Assembly: GCA_018398765.1 (NCBI GenBank)
Contig: JAHBMJ010000192.1
Coordinates: 1-54,122, forward strand
Reading direction: 5' to 3'
Source of the DNA: Chromera velia
Taxonomy: Eukaryota
Length of the DNA: 54,122 nucleotides
Both the position numbers and the translations under genes were made by a program. The notes under the pieces were generated by a model, which saw only the letters and a program-made list of their open reading frames with translations, was not told where the DNA came from and ran no database searches. Positions 11,601 to 25,668 of this stretch are shown in pieces; within the stretch, counting starts at the first letter, position 1; each line of letters starts with the position of its first letter.

Positions 11601-14600
11601 GAATGAATAGAGAGAGAGACATGGAGAAAGAAGCAGAAGAAAGGTGTAGAGGTTGACTTCATCTTGGGGGGGCAGAGGCACCTCGAAAGAATTCGCAGAA
11701 AAGACTGCAGCACTCCATCCACGCAGTAAAGCGGAATGGTCTCAAACTTTTCAGAATCGAAACAAAAAATCCGACAGCAATGGTCATACTGTGTGGAAAG
11801 CAAACAATGTTTATATGAGTGAAGCCGAGAAAGGCGTGCGCATTTGGGGCTCAGAAAAAGCCTTGAGATGCAGAACGAGTAAAACTCAGAAGTGCGAAGA
11901 TGCAGTTTCACATCATGGGGGCGCGGCGAGTGTTGCGAGCTTGAAAAGACGCCAGGAGACGGTGGAGGTGAAGAAGCGAGGGAACAATACTATGCTTACC
12001 GCAAGCACTCCAGCAAGGACGTTTTTTCTCGCACCCATTCTGTGACTGCATGCGTGGGGGGATTCAAAGGGAAAGGAAGCAGCTTGCTTGAACAATCAAT
12101 GTACACAGCCTTATTTCCCTCGCGAGCCTTGTAACTGTCGCTCGAGATCAGGATGAATGTTGCTTCGATTTTGCTGTTCGAATGGCATCGTCTTGGAAAT
12201 GCACTGAAAGAGTGGAAGACACGTAGAAAGAGTGGAGAATGGTAAACCTTTATGCGCTGTAGGTGTCCATTTGGTCGTCAATAGGTTGCGCGTGCTTCCA
12301 GAGACTTTGTGCTACTCTGGCATTCAGAACACAGGCTGCATGCATGACAAGTGGACCCTCGAGAGCACTCTTGTATAAATGCGGTGGGGGCGTGTGCATT
12401 CCACTTAACTGAGAACCCGCAGGTCGCTGATCCACTCATTTAATTCAAACTTATCTAAATTACCCGGACAGACTATATGTTTCTTCTTCTCCCTTCTTTT
12501 CTTTATGTACACAACAGACAGACAGACAGACAGACGGACGGACAGACGGACAGCCAGAGAGAAAGAAAGAAAGAAAGAAAGAAAGACAGAAAGAAAGAAA
12601 AACAGAAAGAAAGAAAGACAGAACGACAGAACGACAGAAAGACAGAAAGACAGAAAGAAAGAAAGAAAGAAAGGAGGGAAAGAAGAAGGGACAGAAAAAA
12701 CCGACTAACCATGCGTCTCCGCACCTGCACACCTGCTGTCCGGGCCCTCCCGACCCCAACATGCACATCCAGGAGGTCCCCCACCAGCATCTCACGGAGC
12801 CTTCCCGAGTCCCTCTCTGAGTCCATCCGCATTCCACAGCTGCTGCACGCACTCCACGCACTCCAAACCCCACCGTCGCTACATCCTCCGGGAGTAGAGA
12901 ACGGATTCTGGTTCGCTGCAATCAGCCAGCGGGTTGAAGAGGAAGCATGCGCAAAAACAAAGCCATTGTTTGCATACAATTTGCACTTAAGCCCATTCAA
13001 ATAGGCGCTTTGCTACTTTGCGTCACGCATAGAGAAGAAGTCATGCACCAACAAAGAGAAGCAGACATGTGCGGGTGAACACAAACAGGGTCGGTCAACT
13101 GTGAAAGCTTCCGAGGAGGGCCAGGGCCTCGATTGATCAGACAAACAGACGAGCAGACGAAAACCAGTGCATGAATGCAAACACGTAAGGTGCCCCCCAG
13201 TAGAAGGGAAATCAAATATGGAAAGAAGAAACGAAGAAGTGGCACAGAACCCCAGTGACGAACCACAGAGATTTGCCGACCCGTCCCCACCAAAGCACTG
13301 GGAGAAGTCCCGGTGCGGGGGACAGAGCACAGGGGAGGCCATTGGGAACTTCCAGGAGACAAATTCTCTTTTACGGGCCTGCTTTCCGGGACCACAAAGC
13401 TGATCACACCCACCCCAGTCTGCCCACTCCGCCATGTTGTCGCACGGCACGTCTGCATGGAGGAGGAGAGTCAAAATGGAATATGCACTTGTTGACTTTT
13501 TTAAAAATTTGGATCTAGGTTTCAATGAAGGCACACTGAACATTTTTCAGCAAAACAAGAAGAAAGAGGCCCCACGGCCATTTTTCTCACAAAAACTCGA
13601 AGTAGCCTCCTCCGCATCGATCACATTCTCGGTCCGCCTGCATGCATGTGACTATTATCTGTCGTACCTCGGATGTAGGCTGCATAGTCGTGAGAGACGT
13701 CGAGCAACTTGACGAGGCCTTGCGTGTAGATCCTGCACAGAGGCGCAGTGCTGACGAGATTCGCGTCCTGCACGAATCCCTTCTCGAAGGCCTCGTGGTC
13801 GAACGCAGCTCTGTAGTCGAAACACGAACAGCTGCATGCAGAGGGAATGAAGGGAACTCATGCCGGAAGAAGCAAGGTGATCGACTGTATGCCACTTTGG
13901 TTCAATTCAGTCACAACCGCCGCATGCTCGCGCAAGACTAACGGAAACTCAAACAGGGACACAGGAAGACATTCAACACATTCTGTTGGCCCAGAGAGAG
14001 AAAGATGATCCACAGAAAGAGGGAAACACCTTTCATACTGTTCTACTTCGTCGCAGTGTTGCCGGACGCACAGCACACGAACATTTACGGATTCTTGTTT
14101 GGCAGTCGCCCTGCTTCATTCAGTCGTTCAGCGTTTTTCTGCACGCGTGCATCCCTTGTCGTCTTTCTATGACGTCAACTCACTTGTCCTTTTCCCTGCA
14201 CATCTGAGCGCATTCTTCCACACTCGCGGCAGGGAAAACCTCAGGTTCGGGAGATGGGTGGGCAGCTGGCCCTGCGCAGGTGGCCCACTGAATCGGAGGA
14301 TGGAACCCCTCTGCATGCTCTCATCCATTCAAACACGCATGGGGGTATGTTTGCGCCCAGCCACATGAACACATATTTGCATTCAGGCTCGAAAGAGGTT
14401 TGCACAGCTAGGCGAAACTTTTGCACCAGCGATGCTTTCTTCACTTCATGAAAAGAAATCCCGTCGCTTTCGTTCTACACATTTTTCTTCCTGGCTCTTT
14501 TTTTTTTTCGAATACATATTTTTGTCCAAGTATCCGGGTCTGGTCACAGACAAAAAAGGATTCCGAGTTTTTGTGCTCTTTTGATGGAGACAAGCGGCTT

Positions 14601-17600
14601 GTGTTTGCTTCCGGCGGTACACCTTACGAGAGAAACTTCTGCTCTTCTATCCTGCCGTATGTTATGTTTTTTTTTTTTCGTTGGGCTCCGGGAGATTTCT
14701 TCGCAAAATATGACACACCCATTTACTTTTTCATCCTTCTGTAGATAGCGAGCGTTTGGTCGCTCTTCGTGCTGACCTATTCTCTTTTTCTTCTCCACCC
14801 CCCAGGAGGACAGACGGAGCTGCAGCCAGCGAGTACGCAACTCGAAGGAGAACCACTTGGACAGAGAGGAAGACTGAACCTCCCCGTTGCCCGCGTTGAA
14901 GTGAGAGAGCAGCGCTGCACGACACGTCAACGAAAAGGCAAGGAAGGCAACGAGAAAATAAATGTATGTGCAAGTCGAGGCACTCAATGGAGACTCGATT
15001 GGAAGAAGAGGAGACGCTGTCAGAGGGATCCATCCATCCGTCTTTCACGATTGCCGAGAGTTGATTCACTCACCCAGGTAGACCCTCACACACCGACCAA
15101 ACTGATGGCTCAGTGCCTTGCAATCAAGATATATGACTGACTTTCCATTGTCCGATCAAAATGCAGCTGTTCGTCTGCAGCCCCTGAAGGAACGTATGGA
15201 TTTGCGTTTTCGAGCGTGTCGATAGCGAGGTACACATCCATAAACCTGCATGTGAGAAAGAGGGAAAGAAGGAGAAAGGGAGGAAGAAAAAAGGGAAAGG
15301 ATGTCCAAAAAGTTGCCACTTCAAGTTTCCAAACTCAAGAAAAACGCAAACATGGGCACAAAAGACGCAAGGAAACATTGGGAATAACGAAGAGAAGAGG
15401 CAGGTCTCGAAGAGGCCCTCATACAAAACCACTCAGATGTCTACTGAGAGAGACACGTGAAAGTGCAAGCGCGATTGAGACAGACTGAGAGTAGATCGAC
15501 GTGGAGAGCCAAGCATGAAAAAACAAAACATGTACGCATTCACCTACCGAGATCCAGACCGCATAGGCGACTCCTCTACCAGCCTTCCCTTGAGGAACAT
15601 TCCCCAGGTGTCCACAGACAAAATCTGAACGTCTTCCTCCTTCATCAGAAGAATCGATGCGAGGCCAGCCTTCAGGTCATGGAAGAACCCCACTGGCGAG
15701 AAAAAGGACTCGTACCTGAAAGATGCAAAAATCAAAGGACAGAATGTCAGACAGACAGACACAAAGAAAGGCATCGGTGGACACACAATCAAAAGGAAAA
15801 AGAAAAATCTCACAGCATAGACATATGGTATTTCGAAAAGCTTCACATAAGATAAATGTGTACCTCGGTCAAAACTCTTGAAAAACCGAAAGGCCGTAGA
15901 TAGAAGACAAACAAAAAAGGGAACGAAGTACGTTCACTGCAGGCAGCAGAAGTCCCCTCACTCTGACCAGTTGGTTGCCATCAGCATGTTCAGAGGATCC
16001 GCACTTAAGGAGAGAACTATCGACTCAAACTTCTTCCAGTCTAACCCCGCCTTCTCGGCCTCTGAGGCAAAGCCAAGCTCGGTGGTCGAGAAGAGGTCCC
16101 CCTTTCGTTTGTAGTTGACAAGCACTGCAGAGAGAATTAAAGAGGAGGGACACAAATAATGAGCAAACTTCGTCTTCTAGTGTTCCTGAGCGCTTTTCTT
16201 GTTGTTTCCGAACACCATGGGGAAGTGAAAGACAGTGATGAGAAAAGATCCAACTTTACTTCAATCGTGCCTCCTTTCTTCTTCAATTCTCCGAAGTCCC
16301 CCCCTGATGCACGCTGACAGACACTGACTGACTTCTTTCAGTCGACTCTGAGGCCACATTCATTGTCCCCATACCCGCAACAGAGCTGTCACAGAAACGG
16401 GGAGTGGGGCACTGACGGGTCTGCAGGCAGGGGAAATGAGCGTGAAAGGAAAGCACAGGAATGGGTTGGCTGGTCGAATCGTTTCATTCAGTTTGCCTAC
16501 ATGCATGGCAAAAATAAAAAAAGGAAAGGGCGAATCATGTTCAGAAAAACAAGTCTTGATGCGTGTCCTACAGATTCAGGGTCGTGGAGACAAAATCAAA
16601 AGAGAAGGAAGATGCGCTCTGTCGGACCCTTGCAAATGTTTTCTTTCCTGCGTGACCAGGGGAGTTTGCTCATTCTTTCTTTGTTGCGTAATTAAAAACT
16701 CCCCCTCCTTGCATTTTTCCCTCACCTGCAGGTGCACATCTGCGCAGGGTCGGCCTCCCGATGCAGGCATGGACTGCAACCAGTCAGGACAAATCGAGAA
16801 AAACAAATAAAGAGATGACGGGGGGGAGGGAGGAAGAGAGGATTAGTGGGGGAAGTTCGCTGTGTCTGTCATGTTGTTTTCACAAACATCCGCTCGTGAG
16901 CACTCAGGGTTGTTTCTGCAAATGGGCGAGTCGATGCTTGGACGTGCGTGAGTGAATGAAAAAGATGGAGAGCGGGAGGCAGACGGGCAAACAAACTGTG
17001 CGTATTCTCTCTCTTGTTTTCTGTACAGGCAGACAGACAAGCAGAGAGACGTACCATATGTTTCTCTCTTTTCCCTTCTTTTCTTCGTGCAGGGAGACAG
17101 GCCGATAGACATGACAGACAGATAGACAGAGGGAGAAACGGGCGGAGGGGGAAGGCGGAGAGAGGTGGCGACAAATTAGGGGAGTGCGTGCGTGGTCTCT
17201 CGTGATATTCATCACACCAAGTGTGCCTTCTGTAGATCAAATTGACTAACTGATAGATAAGTCTGGGTGCAAGTCTCGTGGTCTCTGTGCCTGCGTGCGC
17301 CAATCGTCTAGACTGACCCCTAGAGGCCAAAACCTGGCCTGGGCGTTTGTGCCTATTCCTCCTTTTTCGACTAGCTCGGCAGCTCTCATTTCCTCCTCCG
17401 CCTGCTTTTCGGCTTCATTGGCAGTCTCACTTGAACTGGCTGCACTCTCTCCCTCCACGGGAAGGCAGAGAGCCGGACACGAGCTCCAGGCAGCCCACAG
17501 AGGAGAGCCGCTGCAAGAGGTTGCTGCAGACAACACAAACAAAAAACAAGAAATGGTGATTTGAGTAGAAGAAACTAGGGAGGGCACCTAGGTACGTAGA

Positions 17601-18805
17601 GGGAGAGAGGAAGAAAGAAGGAAAGAAAAAAAGCAGGAGAGAGAAAGACAGAATGAGGAAACTATGCATTCATCAGAACAATAGACGACAGACAGATTAG
17701 ACGAGACAGATATACACGAACAAGGACAATCACATGCATACGTCGAGTCAATATTGGCCGGCCCTCAGTGTTTTCTCCCTGACAGGCTGTGTGCCGAAAA
17801 AAAAGTAATAATCGTCAGGAGGATGTGAATGAATGAATGAATGAATGAATGAACGAACGAATGAATAGACAAAAAGGTGGATAGACAGATCAATGAATGA
17901 AGGTGTTTACGGATAGATGAGGAGAGTGCTGGGTTGAAACACATAGTTCACTGACTGACTAACTGCATGGAACTCTATTACAAGCCTCTTCTTGAAAGTT
18001 CCTCTTGCAAGTAAATTTGAGAGGAAGTGATACATCTGCGATGCGAATTCGACGTCTCCTCCCCTCAAATCCGCACTGAGCAGTGCAAGGGCTCCAATCC
18101 GCCCACCCGCTCTCTTTACAGGGCCCTGACACAGTCACCCTCAAAAATTGCGTTTGGGTGTTCTGGCCTTGTCCTGCAGCACTCTGTCCTCCTGCAGAGC
18201 CCCCACCGGTCGTTGCAGATGAAGAAGAAGACGACGATTGAGATCCAGAGTCACCGTCAGCCTCCACCAACAATGTGGACTCCAAAACAAGAGCTCCCAC
18301 CTCTGCAGAAGAAGCAACGGAAGATGGGTCGCGATGGAAACAGCAGGACCACTCACTGTGGAAATTTGTTCGTATCGTGGGGTAGATGAAGGGATGGGTG
18401 GACGGACGAATGGACGAAAACCGTACAGAATGGATGCACGCCCCCAGGGAGAGGGAACACCTCTTCCCCAGATGAGGGATTCGTTGTTCTGTCCCTCACA
18501 ATGTGAAACTCAGTAATTATGTTTTCTTCCTTCCTTCCTTCCTTCCTTCCTTCCTTCCTTTCTTTCTTTCTTTCTTTCTCTCTCTCTCTCTCTTCCTTTC
18601 TTTTTTCCGTTTTTGAATCATGTGTATTCCGAGTCCCCCCGGCTTTGTCCCGTCGGCTTTCCGGGACCCGTCGGTCGTTTTGATGGATGAGCTTTCACCG
18701 GAGCACCCATGCTTTTTGGAGTGTCGCGTTTTCCTTCCCTCTGGAATTTTCTCCCACTCCCTCTCTATTTGTGTCTATGCCTGTGTGCGCCTGTCCTTAG
18801 GTATT

Positions 18806-18836
<31 letters not shown>

Positions 18837-19980
18837 TCAAGACGCTAACATCGCAAGTCCCGGTGGACTCCACATAAAAAATGAGAGACGGGCTTCCTCA
18901 TCTGTACCGCTGTGCGGCGTTTTGCTCGCTTGCTCACACATCTCAAGAACATCATCTGAACACTGGTCAATCAAAGTTTTTCTTCTCAAGCCGATATATC
19001 GCCCCCCGACCTGTTTGTCTGAGTGCTGGGAGCGCAAAGAAGTAGAAGAGGACGCCCCCGATGACGGAGAGGGCGATGATCATGATAATGAACTTGGCAC
19101 ACCCCACTGGGAAGAGCATACAAGAATCAGCACAGGAGAGATGAGAAGAGAAGAGAAGAAAAAGGGGATTCAGAGAGTGAAGAGGGGACCAAGGAACACC
19201 AACGGCGTCAAAGGTGTTTCACAGAGTAGGATAAAGTTGAGAAAGAAAAAGCGGGTGGCAAAAGTGTTGGTGGTGGAGGCGACAAAAGAAAAGGAAGAAA
19301 TCGAGCCTTGTTACTGCTCCAGACACAATTAGTTGCGTCACGGAGAATGGGGAGGAGAGGACGGAAGATGAAAACGAAAAGAAGACAATCAGAAAAACCA
19401 AAGAGGTTGAACTGCCAATGAAATACCCTTTTCCCGATACAAATTATCAATCTCATCACTCACCAAGGTGTGACTTCCTCTTCTTCTGCCACTGAGGTGC
19501 TCCCTGCTCCTCCCACAGATAACTTTCGTCCATGCCGATGACGTTTCCGTCCTCGTCGAAGTAGTACCCATCCATCGCATACGCAAGCTCTCCTTCCCCC
19601 TCCCAGCTTTCCCCTTCTGCAGCCTCGTCCTCTTCCCATCCCTGGTCGTCTATATCCTCCCGGTCTACGTCGTCACCGGGTTCTTCTGTCTGGTCGCGAA
19701 CGAGCACACTTCCTCGGTTACCTCCCGTCACGACAAACTGTTCTTTTCCTTCTTCCTTCACATCTACAGAAGAGGAACCGGAGGAAGAGGCGCCCGAACT
19801 CTTCAGGCCCTCTCCTATGCTCCGAAGTGTCTGCTTGTCGGTATGCCGTAAGAAGTCCGACACAAGCGATGCCGCTGCCTCTCCAGTCCCCTGGCCATTC
19901 TCCTCTACGCTCCCTACCGACCCATCAGACTCCGAATCTGAGGAACTCCTCATGCCGTCTCTCTCTCTTCTATGGGCCAT
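5494..19980 (-). CDS. Multi-exon predicted type II membrane protein: acidic N-tail, TM, 4x TSP1, 7x RCC1 repeats, beta/gamma-crystallin-like inserts
   Basis: Phase-consistent exons include 19980-19464, 19106-19011 (TM: FIIMIIALSVIGGVLFYFFALPAL) and 18302-17964. TSP1 motifs: WADWSPC, WAAWSSC, WADWGGC, WSAWSAC. Seven RCC1 repeats of the form (A/S/V)GxxH/FxC...C(W/F)G...GQ lie between ~11560 and ~5920. The 3' exons and some internal boundaries are approximate. Confidence 0.8.
12514..12680. repeat. Intronic compound microsatellite (AGAC/AAAG)n, representative of many
   Basis: Similar (CA)n, (GA)n, (AGGC)n and (TTCC)n tracts occur at ~5200-5275, 5568-5598, 7700-7778, 8270-8330, 18525-18595, 22860-22980, 32053-32168, 32900-33004 and 33597-33750. 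Confidence 0.95.
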
Positions 19981-20832
19981 CAATCCAACTGCAGGAACGC
20001 CAGGATCAGAGAGAAGTTCAGATCTCCGCTGCGGTCCCCCAGTCACTCAATTCCCTGGCTGTCTGTCTACCTCCGTTCTGATATAGAGGATTGATGAAAC
20101 GGTGTTGCATGCACGGCGAATGATCGCTTCTACACGGCTTTTTCTCGGTGCTCTCTGAAGCACTGCTCAGGAATTAACCCTTGAATGGCCGCAGGTGAAA
20201 CGTCACCGCGCAAAGGACTCGTAACCAACTCCAAAAGTTATGCACATGTTGCATTTATCAACTTGCATGCATGCGTTTTCAGGCGTGTGTTGTGCGGAGG
20301 TGCGACTGTGCAGGTAGATCCAGAATTCGCCTTGGATCTCATGCTTATGTCGTCTGCGTCTTCAAAGGTGTGCATTAGCGGTACCAACAGTCGTGTAGTC
20401 CCATGCAGTTAAACAACAGACTGTATACAGCTATATATAACCTTCCATGCAACTGCATGGCAACCTGCATGGCATTTTCTGCATTTTTGAAGTTACTGCG
20501 TAGACTGATGCCAGTTTTGTCAAAATTTGTCAGGCACTTTTATTTCGGCGCGCGCGGTGGCAATTTCGCGCGAAACTTATATAAGGTCTCAATGTTTTGC
20601 AACTGCGCATGCATGCATGCGCTGTCACGCACGCAGAGTTTCAGACGTTTGGTAACTTTGGTCGAACAGTGTTGAGGAGCTGTTGCAATCATCATTCGAA
20701 GTTTCCTGTAGCTCTAATTGTTTGCATAGAAGAGAAAATGTGCAAGTAAATGTGAATCGACTGGGAGTTTCCGTTCTTTGAGTCAAACAACACTTGCTGT
20801 TGTCTTTGAGACACGCTCAAACACGTGCAACA
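19981..20832. promoter_or_regulatory. Bidirectional promoter region with TGCATGCA motifs and a palindromic E2F-like site TTTCGCGCGAAA (20564-20575)
   Basis: Lies between two head-to-head genes. TGCATGC(A) clusters at ~20105, ~20263 and ~20607. Confidence 0.45.
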
Positions 20833-23800
20833 ATGGAGAAAGTGTCCCTCGAAGGCCTCGACTCTTTGTCGGGTCTCCTGTCCCTGCATGAATCCAGCAA
20901 GTCCCTTCTTGAAAAGGACATCAAACGACCAATTCCTTGGATTGTTGCAGAGGATTCCCTCGCCTCACTTTCAGGATTGGTGTGCGAGACTTCCAACGGC
21001 TTCTTTTGCGGTTGGGTTGCCAACGGAAACAACAGTGTGAGGCAGCCTTTGCTCAAGCTGATGGCACTGTGCAGGTCTCATAATTTGATGTGTCTGGCAT
21101 TTTGCCGTGAAGACCTTGAGCAAGACATTCACACTGTCACTGTACAATGCGGCAGGGAGGATCAAAAAATGCCTCCTGCCGAAAGCAAAAGGGACTCATG
21201 GGAAAAGGCACAAACAAGTGCGATTGAACTTTGCATCCATTTCATCGAAACTTTGCTCGGAATGCCTCCCAAGCAGAGTAAAGAGAAAAGCAGTCGAGAG
21301 GAACTCGAGAACGGACAATCTCATATTTCTCCCTCTGTTTCACCCAAGACCATGACAATGACTGCGAGGGAAATGCTCAATGCTGCGTTTGCCTCATCTC
21401 CCAGCAACAGGCTCAGTCTGTCTACTCGCTCCACTCTCGCGGCATCCGCATCGTCTTCGTCCTCCGCTGCACTTTGCACTGGCGTGCCCCGCCTCTCTTC
21501 CCGCAGTGTCACTGACACGGCCTCTCTTTCCCACATTAGAGGAGCGTGTGGTGCCGCCACAGAGGAAGCCTCAGACCCCCAGATTCGGCCCTCGACCTCG
21601 CCCACCGTCCCGGAAGAGGGGGGATGCTCTCCCAAAGATTCAGACGCAGACAGAGAAAAGAAACCTTCCAAGGTTACCATGCAGGAGTGCAAGAATGTGA
21701 ACGAAAAGTTTGAAACGGGGGCAGAGAGAGATGATGCACCCCAAAAGCAAACGACGAAGGGGAAATCCTCTGTTCCAACTGCCCACCCGGCTGAAATTGA
21801 TGTCTTTGCACTGAACAACGCGAAGATCCAGAACGATGCGCATCATGCAGCGCCCAACAAGAAAAAGGGATGCGCATCAGACACCTTTACCTCTGCGAAA
21901 GGCTCCGTTAAGAAATCAAACGGAGACGAAAGTGAGATTCGTGAAAGCCCCGCCAAATTAAAGAGACCGTCCTCATCCCGAAAACCCCCTCCAGCCTCCT
22001 CCGGTCCCCATACCACGAGGGCTTCTGCCTCCTCTGCCCGTCCCCCTGGTGCCTCTGCCTCTACCACTTCCCCCCTCGCAGATCTGACCAGAGAGGCCGA
22101 GACAGTTGAAGAAGAGGTCCAAAGAATCCTCAACCGAATGCGAGCAGAAAGAGACCAGGACAACAACAATCGAGCAAATGCAGCAGCGGAAAAGGGAGGG
22201 GAGGGAACTGTACTAGTTCCCCCAGCCGCTGCATCCCCAGTTTTTGCTGACGAACACGAATCCTTTACCGTCTCCCCACCCCCCCCCCCCGCTGAAGACC
22301 TCACACCTCTACCAGAAGACGCAGCCTTCCTCCCTCCCCCCCCCAAACCCAAGAAGGACGAAGAGACCCCCCCTCTTCCGTCTATTCTTTTGGAAGAAAA
22401 CCGACAGACCCCAACGGATGACGCCAACGTTTCCTCCGGGGAGAAGGAAAGAGAAAACGCTTTTCAGCCCCAACCGAAGAAGCCAAAGCCGCCAGCGGCA
22501 CCCCTCCCTGCCAGTGAGTATGACGCCTCTCTCCCCGTGCGTCTCCGTGCGGCCCTTGACCAGGTGGATTCGTTGACTGACCGGTGCAAGCTGTTAGAGG
22601 GACAAATGAAGGAGCGTGCCGTCACAATGACACACCTCGAGGGGGAGGTTCAGAGAGCGAGGAGACTTGAGCGACAGACCGCAGGGTCGATTAAACAGAT
22701 TCAGACAGCACACGCTTCTCAGCTGGCAGAGATGGAGAGGAGATTTCAGGCTGCCAAGAATGCTCAACTTGAAACTGGAAAGGAGAAGGTGAGCCAGTTT
22801 CTCTCTCTCTCCCTCTCTCTCTCACTCTCACACATACACACATACACACGCGCGCGTCTTTCTTCCTTCCTTCCTTGATTGATTCCTTTCTTCCTTCCTT
22901 CCTTCCTTGATTGATTCCTTCCTTCCTTCCTTCCTTGCTTCCTTGATTGATTCCTTCCTTGATTGATTGATTGATTGATTCTGTCTTCCTGCCTTCTGCG
23001 TGTGTCTGTCCTTTCGTCTCATCCCCTTTTGTGCGTGAAATGTGGTTGACATGCGGTCTGGCTCTCCCTGCGTGTAAAGACGAGGCCAACAGCAACAGAC
23101 TTTGATGCGCTTCAGTATGTTGCCACCCAGCTCTCCCTTGCACCAGGCCCGCTGCTACACCTTATCCTCGGCAAGCAGGCTCATTCGTCCCTCTCTTTCA
23201 CTCTCTGTGTCTGACCATCTACCTACATGTTTGCATCTCTTTCTTTGTTGAACGCCGTCTGCAGGCTGCACTGCAATCAGCTCTCCGAAAGTCCCGACAA
23301 CAGATACAGGAGGTCGCCCAGGCGAGAGATGGGCTGGCCTCTCGGGCACTGGCTCAAGAGAAGGCCGTCAAATCCGCAAAAGAGGCCGTAGAGAGAGCAG
23401 CAACAGACAGAGCGGAAGCAGAGACAGAGGCTGCCCGTCTCTCAGCCGTGCTCGCACAGGCAAGGGCTGACTCAGACCTTTTGTCAGCAGACCTGGCAGA
23501 AGCACGGAAGAGCTGTGCGGCAGCCCAAACAGAGAGAGACCGGTGGCAAAAGAAGGTCGAGGCCGCATTCAAAGCCCAAGAGGGGCTCCAAACGAAAATT
23601 CGGCATCTGAACGCCACCGCAGCATCCGAGACTGCACTACGGGAACACGCAGAGAGAACCAAAACAGACCAACTTGGCCTCATTGAGGAGACTGCCGTTC
23701 TACGAGCGAAGTTACAGAGAGCAGAAGCAGCCTTGGAAGCCCTGCAAAAGGAGAGGCATCGAGAAAAGTCCCAAACTGTTGCCTCTGAAGAATCAGCCCT

Positions 23801-25022
23801 CCGAAGTGCAGCTGCCGAGAGAAGGGCAGCCGAACGAGTTACTGAACTAGAGTGTGAGGTAGCTCGTCTCGTGGCTGAGCTTTCAAACGCAAAGGACGAG
23901 ACAAGGTCCTTCAAGACGAGGGTCGAGGAGACTGCACGCAAGTTGTCGGATACACAGTCGAACCTCAAAAACGTGAGTGGGAAGTCCCAAGCGCTCACAG
24001 CGAGGTTGCGTCGTGAAGAGGAGCAGCATCAGAAATCTGCACAGCATTCCCGTTCGCTTCTGCGACACGAAACCAAAGAACGACAGCGGCAGATTGCTGC
24101 AGAGCGCACAAAAGCAGACCAAGCCCTTGCCCGCGTTACGAGACTCCAAGAGGCTCTGAATGCAGAAAAAGAGAAAGCAGCGGACCTTGAGAGGTCTCTC
24201 GAAAAAATAAAAAAAAAGCAGCAACACGAACGTTCCCCCCGTCCCTCCAAACCTTGTGTGTCAATGACAAACAAGTCCCAAAAACATCACGACCCTGAAG
24301 AGGAAGAGGAGAGCTCGCAGTCCCCCATTCCCTCCCGGACCCAACACAAGAAGTCTTCCTTCCCAAGGGAGGATCTGCAAGAAGAGGATTCCCTGCCGCC
24401 GCCTGCAGAGATATGGAATAGCACCTCAGAAAACTCTCTGCGGACAACTGCTGTGCGGGTCCCCCCTTTTCCGCCGGATCTCCCAACAGCAGAACTCCGT
24501 CAGTCGCTACCAATCCACACACCCGCGCGCTTTCGCCCTCTGCCAAGGGGGCCCACCCAGCAGAGGAATGCGTCCATAGGACCCCGGCCTCGACAGAAGC
24601 AAACCACCGCAATGCTGTCGGATGCTGAGCCGAACAGCCTTGCGGGAATTCGTTTCTCTGAATCAGCATCGCTGCCCTCCACGGTGGTAGATCCAGCCAA
24701 TTGGGGGCTTGGAGGGGGGGCAAGGGGTGCAGCAAGTTCGAATGCTGGTGGGGCCCTGCCGGGGGGGCGAGTTCTCAAGAAGGCTCGCCCTCTGTCTGCA
24801 GGACATTCAGCGGGAGGGGGGGGTTGGAAGGCCAGGACAGGAGGTTCTCCTAGAGTCCCCAATCTGCTCAGTGTAGGAGGATGTAATAACTGGCGGAAAG
24901 AAGCGGAGATGCCAGCGGAATGCATTGCACCTCCGCTCTTGGTGGCACGAGGAGGGGGTGCCCTGATAGATCGTTTGGGGGCGCTCCGTGTGCTGCTTGA
25001 TGCCTCTCTTGAAGACGAGTGA
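20833..25022 (+). CDS. Low-complexity/coiled-coil protein of unknown function, join(20833..22788,23265..25022), ~1237 aa
   Basis: ATG at 20833; donor AAG|GTGAGC at 22788; acceptor TGCAG|GCT at 23265 in frame with ORF 23448-25022. Long A/E/R/K heptad-like region and S/P-rich segments. Confidence 0.8.
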
Positions 25023-25637
25023 GAGACGTACAGAGTTGACAGGACAGATCGAGGCTTGTTCAGTAATTTGTTTTCACTGCGTGCCTTGCCATGTATGTCA
25101 AGACATTTCGAACCATTGAATTTATGACTCATGATGATAAATTGATTTGTTCATTTCAATAATTTGTAATGATTGATATCACTAAAACGATAAATACTGA
25201 TGTTTATTGTTATCTACTGATTGTTGTAAGATCCATCATACCGTATCATATTGTAAATAAGTTATTGTATTCAGTGTGTTGATGACTTCATGCATAGACT
25301 TTCTTCATGTGCCAAGTGGCTGGATGAAAGAGAATTCCTGGCACTTCAATATTGCCCGGCTGAGCTGGAATCCATTAATTCAAATGATTGTAACTGTCCA
25401 CTCCCTGGTGCAAGTATATCTGAACTCTTCATCCGTAATGTCATTCGATCGCTTCTACACTCGCATCCGGTCTGTCTCTTTAATGCCTGTCTCCCTATTC
25501 TAGAAAATGATTAACGGATCAACTCCACCGGCGACTTAACAAACAATAACCATGCGGAAGCTTAGCGCTCCAACTAGGGTTGAACATCTTCTAACTAACT
25601 AACTAACTAACTAACTATAACTTATAAAAAAAATTAA

Positions 25638-25668
<31 letters not shown>

